A stretch of 61,090 nucleotides of DNA, filler included, from Asterionella formosa (taxonomy: Eukaryota): the NCBI GenBank assembly GCA_002256025.1. It is 10 parts of 10 records of this genome, joined end to end, with 100 filler letters (N's around TTAATTAATTAA, not from the genome) between each part and the next. Parts side by side here need not be neighbours in the genome. Positions count along the whole stretch, not along the records: positions 18,379 to 24,401 come from NKIB01012849.1; positions 24,502 to 30,523 come from NKIB01012850.1; positions 30,624 to 36,636 come from NKIB01012852.1; 7 more parts are not named here. One strand, given 5' to 3'. This document shows, one piece after another, positions 22,555 to 33,459 of this stretch. Numbering within the stretch: the first letter of the stretch is position 1; each line of letters starts with the position of its first letter. Position numbers and translations under genes: made by a program. The notes below the pieces were generated by a model that was given only the letters and a program-made list of their open reading frames with translations, was not told where the DNA came from and ran no database searches.

Positions 22555-24065
22555 CACTTATACCCAACATCTGTGACTGCGGCCTTTAACTTGCTCACAA
22601 ACTGGAAGCAGGACGCTAGGTTCTCATGTGCACACCAAATTGACCCATCAATGATGGAGTATCCTTCACAAATGTGGAAGGAAGAACTAACAGAAAACGA
22701 TGTTTCACTTGTAAATAGTGGGCAAACAAAGTTAGCTGCTGGTAGTAGGGTCAGGTATCATATTTCATGCCACAAATGCGGTAAGCAAGGCCATTAGTAT
22801 GCTTACAAGTGTGATAATGAATGTCAAACCGGTGCAACTCTACTGCTATCGGGTATAGTAGACGGAGATTTTCGAAAAAGAACCGCAATTTCAATTCATG
22901 CAACACGCCGTAGAAGTATCATTGAAACTTGATGAAAATGGAAAAATTCTAAAGAGCTGGATCCTATTGGACAATCAGTCCACAGCAGTTGACGTGTTCT
23001 CCAACTCAAGTCTATTAAAGAAGAACATCGGGAAAAGTAAAAGCACATGGACAACATGATACACTGCAATGCAGGTGTGACTAGCTAGCTAATGCAAATA
23101 TGGTTGGTGATTTTCCAGGTTATGGAACTGTGTGGTATCACCCAGCAGAAATTGCAAACATATTGCTTGTCGCTGGCCACGGTGCAGGAGCATAGATCTC
23201 ACATCACCTATAACAGCAGAGAAGGCAACAAATTCACGATTTACAAGCCTGATGGAACAAGGAGGGTGTTCAGTCAGATTGCGGCTTTTTTTTGCCATAG
23301 ACAGTAGTGAGAATGCGGAAGAGGTTACTTTGGTTAATAAGGTAGACAATAACCGTTCTAACTTTATCAATCGTGACTAAGCAATCTCGCGCATTGTTAG
23401 CTTGTCAAATTCAGAAAATCATTAGAAGACCCCCCAGTACATGCATGTTCATTAAAATAGTTGACGACAGCCTCCTGCCAAATTGCCCAGTGAATCGAAA
23501 GTACATCATGATGGCTGAGGACATACTTGGGAAAGTGTCGGGTCAATGATGCAAAATCAACAAGCAATAACAATACTAACAGCAATTAGACACGTGAAAA
23601 GTGTCTACATGAAGTGCAGGTTTGAGCATTCCACACTATTGATGGATGACCAGTTCGAGTCCATTCAAGGTGATTTAGCAGAGATGCAAACTACTCTCAA
23701 CAAAGTATCAAGTGACAAGCATGTCCCAGAAGTGTAACGCTACATCCGGACCATTAAAGAGCGGGTGAGTTGCGTGTATGACACACTACCATTAAGGAGA
23801 ATGCCGGCCAGAATGAATATCGAAATGGTGTATTGCATTGTTTTCTTGCTCAATAGTTTTCGTGTATGGATGGGATATCTTCTACTCTTAGTCCCCATGC
23901 CATAGTGATTGGTTCTCAACTAGATTGCACAAAGCACTGTCAACTTGAGTTTGGAACATACGTGCAGGTGCATGAGGAACATGATGATTCTACGACAACC
24001 AGGACAATAGGGGCAATTGCATTACGACCAACTGGAAATGCAGAAGGTGGCAACTACTTCTATGT
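22555..24065 (+). mobile_element. Highly degenerate copia-type gag-protease-integrase remnant (family D)
   Basis: Fragments across frames: AAFNLLTNWK, CHKCGKQGH knuckle, WILLDNQST, HCNAGVT, GTVWYHP, KHVPEV*RYIRTIKERV, LEFGTYVQVHEE..RTIGAIALRPTGN. Confidence 0.85.
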
Positions 24066-24501
24066 ACATAATCATTTTTATAGCGCATTCTTTCTATTCT
24101 ATTTCTAGAGTTACTGTTAATGCACTGCTTCCTTCTTGTCTTTGATTGGGGATCCTGCTGCATCACCAGTTGCTCCACTATGTCCGCCAGCATCATCAGT
24201 GGTCATTTCACCACCACCTCCCATCCTTAACTTAAAACTTGAATGTTTCTTTATTGGTAATGTTGAATCCACAAGCTAAAGCTGTCGTCAGTTGTGCCAA
24301 TTTGACAACAACGGCCAGAGGACAGTCTACAGGGGAGGTTTTTCAATGTAAACCAGATTGTTAATAAAGAATGAGCGTGAGCAAAGCGCATGTCATGAAC
24401 GNNNNNNNNNNNNNNNNNNNNNNNNNNNNNNNNNNNNNNNNNNNNTTAATTAATTAANNNNNNNNNNNNNNNNNNNNNNNNNNNNNNNNNNNNNNNNNNN
24501 N

Positions 24502-26916
24502 CAGCAGCAACGACCTCGCATAGTCGAGCACGTGGATAGTGACGATGACGAAGAAATTGATGAAGATGAGGCCTTCAATTCCGAAGATGAGCGCCGATAT
24601 GGCTCCTTCTTCTCGAGCAAGAATAGCAACAAGGAAGGACGAGGCGAGGAGAGTGAGGAAGACTCTGATGACATTGCATCATCCGATGACAGTAGTGAAG
24701 AAGGAGATGGAGGACAGTACATGTTGGATTTATTAAATAAACTTGACAGCGCTACCACTGCCGAGACACCTCATGCTCTGGCGTCACACCTGAAAGAATC
24801 AGAATACTCTTCCTCCGTCGTTACATCGACGCTCACCATGGACGCTCTCATGAATGGTCTACAAGATACACATGGCTTTGGTAAGATGCAATCCACCATG
24901 GACAAATTATCCAAGGGAAGGACAACCTCCACCCCTGTTGCCAGGATCGTCTCAGATCGGGCCCAACGAAAAGTGCACTACGAAGACTCGACGGAACAAG
25001 TCACACAATGGATTGATGCCGTACAAGAGAATCGACAGGCGGAAACACTTGATTTTCGTCCACGAGGCATCAATGTACTTTCCAAGCATGCCCTAGTTGG
25101 GAAGTTTAAACCAACGACTGACTTTGAAAAGGAATTAGCTGAAGCATTGACACAAGCTGGTCAGCAAGATGAAGCAAGTATGCTCAAGGCAGAACAACAA
25201 ATGATGGATGACTTGGGGAATAATGAAATTACCATGGAGGCCTACAAAGAACGTCGGGGGGAGTTGGCCAAATTACGAGCCCTAATGTTTTACCACGAAC
25301 AAAAACGTCATCACATGAATAAAATCAAGTCAAAAAAGTACCGGCGTATCCGTAAGAAGCAAAGGGAACGTGCCAAGGATGGTGAATTGGAGGCCAATAT
25401 TCAAGATGATCCAACTCTACAACAAGAATTGGACGAAAAGGAAGAATTGGACCGCATGCGGGAGCGAGCATCGTTGGCGCACAAAAATACATCCAAATGG
25501 GCAAAGCGTATTTTGAAACGTGGCAAGCATGTCGACCAAGATACGAGGCGGGCTTTGTCAGCGCAGTTGAAAAGGGGCGAGGATTTAAGAAATAAAATGA
25601 ATGGCACTGGTGACAGCGATGATGATGGCGATGAAAATGAAGATTTGGTGGAGACAGCAAAAAGGATTCTACAAGAGACGGAAGGCGAAGCAATTTCTGC
25701 CAAGCAAAGCAAGGGACTTTTTGCTTTGTCCTTCATGCAAAAGGGTGTGGAAAAGCAGAGACAGCAGGCTAAGGAAGAAGCGAGAATACTCCTGCAAGAA
25801 CTAGAAGCAAATGCGCAACACGCCGGTGCGGACGAGCAAAGTGAAGTGGAGCAGAAACCGAAGAGGGCGAAAAAGGCTTCATCGGCTGAAGAAATCAAGC
25901 ATATCTTGGGCGACGGCAAGCTGGTGGCAACTTCCTTGGATTTTGGAAACTCCAATTCAATCTCTGTAAGTGGCGGCATCAACATTGATTTGGGTAGCGG
26001 TCGCAACAGTGAAAATGGTGATGTAGAGCTGAGTTCTAGGACCAGACCGCATACAAGTACTTTTGAAGTGAGTGTGCAAGCCACAGATACCGAGAAGATT
26101 TTCTTAAAGGCAACTGATGAAGACCATACAAATCCTGTAAAAAAGAATGCATCGTCATCCACTTCTGCCATGACGAAAATGAACGAAGACGAGTCTAACC
26201 CATGGTTGGCAGCAACGAACGATTCCAATACAGCTATTACAGAACCTAGAAATAAGAAGAAACGCAAAACATCGGGTTTCAATAAAAAAGGAGTCGTTGA
26301 TGTTGTCGGCGCGGTCGATTTGTTCACGGACAATTTGCCCATGGAAGCGCACAACAAAGCAACGAAAGGAAAACCATCCACGAATTCTACCAACATTGCT
26401 TCCCTGACACAGGAAGAACTTGTTCGCCGTGCATTTTCAGCCCCCACTGATACAGAAGTCGAAGAGGACTTCGCGAAGGAAAAGGCCGAAGCAATGGACC
26501 GTGACGACCCAACACGCACAAAGAAGGATGTACCCAAGACGTCCAATGGGTGGGGCTCTTGGGCCGGAGCGGGCGCTCCCCCTTCAAAACCTCCCCGTAA
26601 GATTCCTAAAAAGTTGCAAGCCCCCGAAAATGCGCTTCCCAAGCGAAAGCGAGCCGACGATAAGAAACCGCTTGTCATCATCAATGAGAAGCGTATCAAA
26701 AAAACTGCCGGTAGCTTTCAGATTGCCAATATTCCTTATCCTTACACAAGCCGCCAAGAGTATGAGCGGGCCATGACGGGCGCTGTGGGAAAGGAATGGA
26801 ATGTGACTAGTGCCGTTAAGAACATGACTCGTCCTGAGATCATAACACGGGCTGGGAAGATGATTCAACCTCTCTCAAAGCGCGTTAAGGCTCCAAGACC
26901 AGCTGCAAAGTTCTAA
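24502..26916 (+). CDS. UTP14: U3 snoRNA-associated protein 14 (5' truncated at the scaffold edge)
   Basis: LAKLRALMFYHEQK..KIKSKKYRRI, ERASLAHKNTSKWAK, GWGSWAGAG, VIINEKR, PYPY..YER..GKEWN. Confidence 0.95.
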   Translation, partial: QQQRPRIVEHVDSDDDEEIDEDEAFNSEDERRYGSFFSSKNSNKEGRGEESEEDSDDIASSDDSSEEGDGGQYMLDLLNKLDSATTAETPHALASHLKESEYSSSVVTSTLTMDALMNGLQDTHGFGKMQSTMDKLSKGRTTSTPVARIVSDRAQRKVHYEDSTEQVTQWIDAVQENRQAETLDFRPRGINVLSKHALVGKFKPTTDFEKELAEALTQAGQQDEASMLKAEQQMMDDLGNNEITMEAYKERRGELAKLRALMFYHEQKRHHMNKIKSKKYRRIRKKQRERAKDGELEANIQDDPTLQQELDEKEELDRMRERASLAHKNTSKWAKRILKRGKHVDQDTRRALSAQLKRGEDLRNKMNGTGDSDDDGDENEDLVETAKRILQETEGEAISAKQSKGLFALSFMQKGVEKQRQQAKEEARILLQELEANAQHAGADEQSEVEQKPKRAKKASSAEEIKHILGDGKLVATSLDFGNSNSISVSGGINIDLGSGRNSENGDVELSSRTRPHTSTFEVSVQATDTEKIFLKATDEDHTNPVKKNASSSTSAMTKMNEDESNPWLAATNDSNTAITEPRNKKKRKTSGFNKKGVVDVVGAVDLFTDNLPMEAHNKATKGKPSTNSTNIASLTQEELVRRAFSAPTDTEVEEDFAKEKAEAMDRDDPTRTKKDVPKTSNGWGSWAGAGAPPSKPPRKIPKKLQAPENALPKRKRADDKKPLVIINEKRIKKTAGSFQIANIPYPYTSRQEYERAMTGAVGKEWNVTSAVKNMTRPEIITRAGKMIQPLSKRVKAPRPAAKF

Positions 26917-27753
26917 CGGATACAGCTTAAATATTTTTTCGATAATTCAATGGTCTGCACAAACGCAGCTACCAGAAACAATAGTTGTATCCACCGTACT
27001 CAAGCATCCTGGATGTAAAAGTAGTATGATAGTGCATAGTTCGACTTCCTGTGACACACTTTCTAGTCAGAAACTCTAGAGAGATACCGGAGAGCTGCAC
27101 TGCTGGCTACCGTTGTTTCGCCGAACGCCAAGTATTTGTAATTACATTTTTGTGAGAAATAATGATAGTTTCAATGTGACTCCAAGTATTTGAATGATCA
27201 TAGTAGCTACGATGTGAACCACATTTGTACAGTCCGAGGAATCTTCCTTTATGTTGTGCAAACCATTCCAACCATGTTCTAGCACCTGTTGATATCAATG
27301 TATTTACCATTGCAAGTATCAATCCAGAGGAAGGGCAGGTACTTTGGTCCATTTGTTCAAGAGTGAATAGAAATGGAACAATGATGAATACCAAAGACGA
27401 CGATGACAACCCTGGAGGCGGGATGATGAACTTTGGGGTCAAATTATTCGCTGTCGCACTGGGATTCGTTGATGTGATGCCCCATCTACAAGGTGGTTAT
27501 GGCTCTCATCTATCAAGCTTCATTTTATGACTGTGGGGGGGGGTATTGACTGCATATCCGTCCTCTTGCTTGCCAGGACCAAGGCGAGATCTACTTTGAG
27601 CAAATACAGTTTGGTGTTACAACTAGATTATGAAAGCTATATGAAGCAGACGAGTTAATGAATATAGAGATGTAATGAAACTATTATTGAATAAACATAA
27701 AATATATTTGTTGTACGAGGTGTGCTTCTGCCTTCCATGGATCAATGAGAAAT

Positions 27754-29490
27754 TTAATACAACGGCAACTGATCGTAGGAACATTTCAACCCTGGCATTC
27801 GAAACTCTTCGCCATCATCACCTTTGATACAGGAACCTTGCCACATTGCATCATCATTTGTGGAAAAACTCTCAAACCAAATCTGGGAGGAAATGGTCCG
27901 CATCGAGGTGCGATCGACACCTTCCAAATACATGCCAGTTTTCACTATATCCGTTTCTCCATTTATGGATGGTTCCGATGGGCGATAATCTCGTTGTGGT
28001 GACGTATACATCACACCAGGTAATCGTGGGGTCAGTCGAGTGATGAAAGAGTCATCATCATAGTTTACAATATGAATATTGGTGTCAAGGAAACTCACAT
28101 CACGGAGCAACGTTCCATGACGAGAGGACAAGAACACACCCTGTTCGGCATTCCATGCCGTCACATCTTCAAAGATGATATCTGAAACAGCTCCTAATTT
28201 CCATTTGGGATAATATCGGGGTATGGAAGATATATAAATTGCTTCAGCACTTCCCCACCAGCTTGTTGGTTGAAATGACAAGCCCTCCATCACAACATGT
28301 CGAAAGTGAATACGTTGAATATTGCCAGCATCACGATGTTGAATAGCAAGGCCTCGATTGGTATCAGCCAAGATATGCAAGTTTTCAACAAGTATATCCT
28401 CTATGTCCTCCATTGTTGAACTTCCAATCTTAAATGCAGACGATCGTGATTTGGCAATATTATTTCTTATCAAAATATTTTTGGTGGGTCCATAGCCCCT
28501 AGTTGTTTTGATACAAAGTGCATCATCAGCAGTTACAATCCTTGAGTTGGTGATTGTTACATTTATACTGGAATCAACGTCAATCCCATCATTGTTGGGC
28601 CATCTCCAATCACCAAATATTCTTACATGGTCGACCAGCACATTCTCTGATCCGCGCACGTGGAGGGTCCAATCGGGTGAATTTTGTAACGAAATGTTAG
28701 AAAGATAGACATTTTGGCATCGTTCAAATAATATTAATTGTATCCGGCACTCTCCTTGGCAAGTATCATTGCTTTGCCAAGTATTGGGGATGTATTTGTC
28801 GTCAGTAAGGTTGAACCCATGTACCAAGTCTGGAACTGCAGATCCATCAATCGTACCACCCCCAAATATTCCCACTTGCGATTGACCCTTGCATCGAATA
28901 AGAATGGGCAAAATACTATTATTTTCTTTCGATGATTTGGGAATCCCAGCCGCTTCCCAGCTGTCGGGATGTGGAAAGTCCGATTCTTGAGTGGAACCAA
29001 CAAGAAGCACGTCGGGGTCAATTCGAAGATAAACTTTCGATTTTAGGTCCAAGGTGCTTCCAATCGTGTAGCGACCCGGGGGGAAGACAACACTCCCACC
29101 TCCCCTCTCCCATGCCTCGTCGATAGTATCTTGAATCGCTTTTGTATCAATGATACTATCTTTTGGTGCGACCATGAAGATGGGCAACGAAAATGGATCC
29201 GTCATCACATTGTACGCGCCAGTTACAGGCTCTACCCCAAAATAGGTTTCGCCGTGGGTCAGAGTATTGTTGAGCATCAATTTTTTCTGTGATAAGCTGG
29301 CTGAAAATGAACAAAGGAGCAGAAACGCCATGACACCAATGGAGCAAAGGCAGCCTTCGCTTGGACAGCAACTAGAATATATCAAAATATTATCAAACGA
29401 TTCCGAGGATTCCTGAGCCAAGCCCTGATAGAATTGGGGGAGACGACGCTCTCTTTGTATGCCGTTGCTGTGGGCTGAGTGGGATACCAT
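27754..29490 (-). CDS. Glycoside hydrolase family 28 (polygalacturonase-like beta-helix)
   Basis: DTKAIQ..GGGSVVFPPGRY, GGGTIDG, NSPDWTLH, PNNDGIDVDSS, TADDALCIKT and FKIGS. An N-terminal hydrophobic segment is present; the start could be 29490 or 29331. Confidence 0.9.
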   Translation of the reverse strand: MVSHSAHSNGIQRERRLPQFYQGLAQESSESFDNILIYSSCCPSEGCLCSIGVMAFLLLCSFSASLSQKKLMLNNTLTHGETYFGVEPVTGAYNVMTDPFSLPIFMVAPKDSIIDTKAIQDTIDEAWERGGGSVVFPPGRYTIGSTLDLKSKVYLRIDPDVLLVGSTQESDFPHPDSWEAAGIPKSSKENNSILPILIRCKGQSQVGIFGGGTIDGSAVPDLVHGFNLTDDKYIPNTWQSNDTCQGECRIQLILFERCQNVYLSNISLQNSPDWTLHVRGSENVLVDHVRIFGDWRWPNNDGIDVDSSINVTITNSRIVTADDALCIKTTRGYGPTKNILIRNNIAKSRSSAFKIGSSTMEDIEDILVENLHILADTNRGLAIQHRDAGNIQRIHFRHVVMEGLSFQPTSWWGSAEAIYISSIPRYYPKWKLGAVSDIIFEDVTAWNAEQGVFLSSRHGTLLRDVSFLDTNIHIVNYDDDSFITRLTPRLPGVMYTSPQRDYRPSEPSINGETDIVKTGMYLEGVDRTSMRTISSQIWFESFSTNDDAMWQGSCIKGDDGEEFRMPGLKCSYDQLPLY

Positions 29491-31989
29491 CGGAGCAGTT
29501 GTAGATATAAATAGATAATAGTAGCACTGAGTGAATGGAATTCATTGAAATTGTAAAATAATTATGAGAACCGGCGTCAAGGACTCCTGGTCTGTTATCC
29601 GCGACATACCCCATCGTGTACCAGTATGTAGGTCTAGGCAAGTACAGGTAGGTCTATTTACATTCCGGTAAGTTCTTAGTATGGACATTATTAACGTCAC
29701 ATAAATACCGCTATTTAATGGGGTATTCATAACGGAGCACTTACTATCAGGTGTGAAATTTATCAGACTAGGTACCTGGTACTGTTCAACAAATATACTG
29801 GTCTTGCATGACTCTTTTCATGCAAGAATGATTGTAACATGCATCGAAAAATTCGACATGATGTTGATAAGCAACCAAAGTATGAAACGGAAATCGAAAG
29901 GTAAGGAGTGAAAATGACAAGCAGGGAGTAGAATAAAAAGTGAAAAAGAAAATGGGTCAGTGGAAAAATGGTGTGAAAAATTGTCAATGCATTTTCATTA
30001 ACAATTGTACAACTCTAACATTTTTTTGTCATTGCAACAAAATTTCAGAAATGTTCAGATCGAGCCTGTAGGAGCAAAACCTGATTTATGAATTGATGTG
30101 GAGGGAGTGGTTTCTGGATTGATTTGCACATGTAGTGGTGGAGGTGTTGGAGTGGCAACAGCTTGATAATGGAGGTTTGGTGGTGGGGGTGCAGACTGCT
30201 GGTAGTACCTGGCAGGAGGAGCAGGATTACCGGTAGTCGATAAATTTACTGGCTGAGCGAGTCGATGTGGGCGTTTGTCGCCTGGTTACTCTAGGAGGAC
30301 AGGTTTGAGTAGGTTGAGCAATGGAGTGGCGAGAAGGTCAACCTACTCGCGCCTCCCCAACCTCGATGTGGTATATATCCTACAGTTGGTTTTCATTACG
30401 ATGAGATTGGGATAGTTTTTGTACGTTGAAGTAAGAAGAACTAAACTACCGGTACCGGTACGGTAACTACGACTGGTTTGCAAGAACTTGCTTCGGTACT
30501 TACTTGGAAGACTATTTCTAGTTNNNNNNNNNNNNNNNNNNNNNNNNNNNNNNNNNNNNNNNNNNNNTTAATTAATTAANNNNNNNNNNNNNNNNNNNNN
30601 NNNNNNNNNNNNNNNNNNNNNNNTATTGCTGTTGTCGTTTTCCATCCTTCTTTCCTTTTTATTTCATGAGTGAAAGAAAGTCCGGGAAACATACCAAATG
30701 ATACGTAACAATATAAATAAAAGGTGTGCTCGACAGTCCCGGTACTGTTACAAGGTATAGGTACCGTACTTGATAGTTGCGGGAATTTTGCTCAACTAAG
30801 GATTTAGCTCTCTTTTTATCCTATATTAAATTGTTTATTTAAGCAAAAGTAGGGTCAGGGTTTTCCGCTTAATACTTGGCCTACCGGTATATTCGGGGTC
30901 TACCTCTGTCAAGAATAAAGCATCAATGACTGTGGACTCGACTATAGTCCAATGAGTCAAATGGTGCGTTCCCATATCAAGTAGCTTGCTAACGAGATTG
31001 ATGTCTTAGATCAATCAGAAGAAGGTTTACATCAACGAAAAGGGAATACGAAGAACAGGTTCTCGAATTGTAATGAATGGGATTGAAACTTAGTTTTAGT
31101 TTAAGCTTATAATTTAGAAACAGTGAGAATTGACAGAGTAACAAGGTCAATAGCGAAAACTAGCACAAAGGCTAGCAGCAGAAAAAAGATAACAATACTA
31201 GTGGTATAACAGGTAAGTCCTACGTAAGAGAAACCCGTCAGACAGGAAGGAGCACGAGACATTTTAACACGCTTTAAAGTGTGGCTTTGAAGGCCACAGG
31301 CTACTCAGGAATGATGGGAAGTGACAAAGACAAGTCAGTGAGGTTGCTTGCCGACATTCGATGGGCAAGATGCTAAATGGTACATGTGGAAAGCAAAGTT
31401 TCTCGCATACGCGTGCTACAAGAACTTTCAAGGAATACATAACGGTGACAAACTACCAAGAGGAGGAGAGAAAGACCTAAAGGGCGATACGATCATGTTG
31501 TCAGATGCTGATGAGAGATGCATCTGAAGGACGAGCAACACAGTTGCTTATGCAAGTTTGATAATGGCATGCCAGAGTGGGCCATTCGGACACGTAAATA
31601 ATGCAAGAAGTGCCGAGTTTCCTAACGGCAATGCTAAAGAAGCATGGGACAAGCTCATTTCTACGTATGAGTCAGGCGACATGGCGAATGTCATTGCCTT
31701 GTCCCACCAATGGACGAAGTGCACTCTAGGGGAAAACGAGAACCCTGACAGCTGGTATGTAGAGTTGGATCGTATCCGGGAAAGATTGGGCAATACGAGC
31801 TCCGCAATTTCGGATGGTACCTATGTGGCACACATGATCAACAATCTACCGGAAAGCTACAAGAGTTTGGTAGTAGGAAGGTTCGGCCTGGCGCATAACA
31901 CACTAACGGTCGAAGAGATTAAGACAGACATCCGGCACTACTACGATCTATATGTCCGGGATGACGTCAAAACGACTAACAATGAGAAG

Positions 31990-33459
31990 GAACGATTTGT
32001 TAGCTAGACATGTTACACTGACACAACATCACGCCATTCCATCGTATCCTCTTGCTTGCTTCACTTACCACAGCCAAATCAAAGCAAGTGATGTATAAGT
32101 CTGTAATAGTAAATTGTCAGTAAATTCTTGAATCAGTAAGTTTCAGGTTTCCAATGTTGCCGAATGAAACTTACCAATTCATTTTCCTTAGCTTAACTTT
32201 GAAAGAAGGTAAAATGGCGTGTCCGTCAGTTATGTTCCATCAGAAGTGAATAAGCAAGTCCAATGACAAAAGCACTTACCAATTTTGATTTGTTTTACAT
32301 TGGTGCTCCCCAACAAGCGAAACGAGCTGTTGATTCAACTGAGAAAAAAGGATATGTGCGTTTATTTTACAATTTGTTGTGGTCCTGCCTCCCAACGATT
32401 GTCATCCAAGTACCACATTCTTGGTGGCTTCATCACCTTAAACATACTCCATCCTTCGAAGGCGCAATGTATCGAAGCCACAATGTTTTTCGTTATTGCG
32501 TAAACTTTTCCTTTTTTGTCATGTTCTTTATTCCGATATTTCTTTTCATGAAGCAGGCATTGTTTGTTAACATGACAGAACAATTTCAAATATATTTGCC
32601 ATGTATATAGATATAAAAATTGTAAATATATAAATATATCAACTGTCGTACAGTTATAAAAATCAAAGGCACTCTCAATATGGAACGTCTGGTATTGTTG
32701 AGATGGTCATATTTGCATATAGATAATTCGAAAAAATTCAATACACTAGCTATATGTCCATTGTTTTCCACAACTTCGTGTACCGGTACTGTTTTTTTAA
32801 ATTTGTTTGCATCAATATTTTCTATCTACGTTGGAACTAATTATTTAAAACATTCAATTGGTGTACTAAGTCATAACCCATTTGTATCATTATTTATACA
32901 TAAGGATTTTGGTAGCAAATTGTTTAAGCCCATTTTTTGGGCGGGTTTTCTTCATGTGTACCGGTACATCATACAACAATAACATTTTATCATATATATA
33001 CAGAGTACCAGTTGCAGGTGGGAAGTGATATACAGGGGGTACCAGGAAGTCAGAGTACCAGGTAGTAAGCGAGCAACAGAACACCATATATTCATGACTG
33101 TTGCTACTGCAGCGGGACAGTAAATCATCATAGTTTTAGGATCATATGATCATAAAATTGAAAAAGGATAGTCGGAGTAGTGAGTGAGCAACAGAGCACC
33201 ATATGTTCATGACTGCTACTGCAGCGGGACATTAAATCATCATAGTTTTAGAATCGTATGATCATAAAATTGAAAAAGAATAGTCGGAGCAGTAAGCAAG
33301 CAACAGAACACCATATGTTCATGACTGTTGCTACTGCAGTGGGACAGTAAATCATCATAGTTTTAGGATTGTACAATCGTAAAATTGAAAGAGAGTAGTC
33401 GGAGTAGTAAACGAGCAACAGAACACCATATGATCATGACTGCTGCTACTGCAGCATGT
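31990..33459. mobile_element. Unclassified ~1.47-kb insertion within gag of copia B
   Basis: Gag reads NNEK before the insert and FFYTKGKFKG after it. AGAAG occurs on both sides (31985-31989, 33460-33464). The insert is AT-rich and ends in a tandem array. Confidence 0.65.
33062..33455. repeat. Tandem repeat, ~115-bp unit x ~3.5
   Basis: Units start at 33062, 33177, 33289 and 33404 (AGCAACAGA.CACCATAT..TCATGACTG..GCTACTGCAG). Confidence 0.95.

Noticed and set aside
25401..26699. 432-aa antisense ORF opposite UTP14 (and similar ones opposite SMC5, SCC3 and CLPTM1)
   Set aside because: Shadow ORFs arising from the codon pattern of the real gene; no independent motifs.
27107..27620. Short ORFs between UTP14 and GH28
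   Set aside because: Possibly a decayed gene, but no motif I can identify with confidence.
33062..33455. CRISPR-like array
   Set aside because: The whole 115-bp unit is repeated with no unique spacers, no cas genes are present, and the context is eukaryotic.
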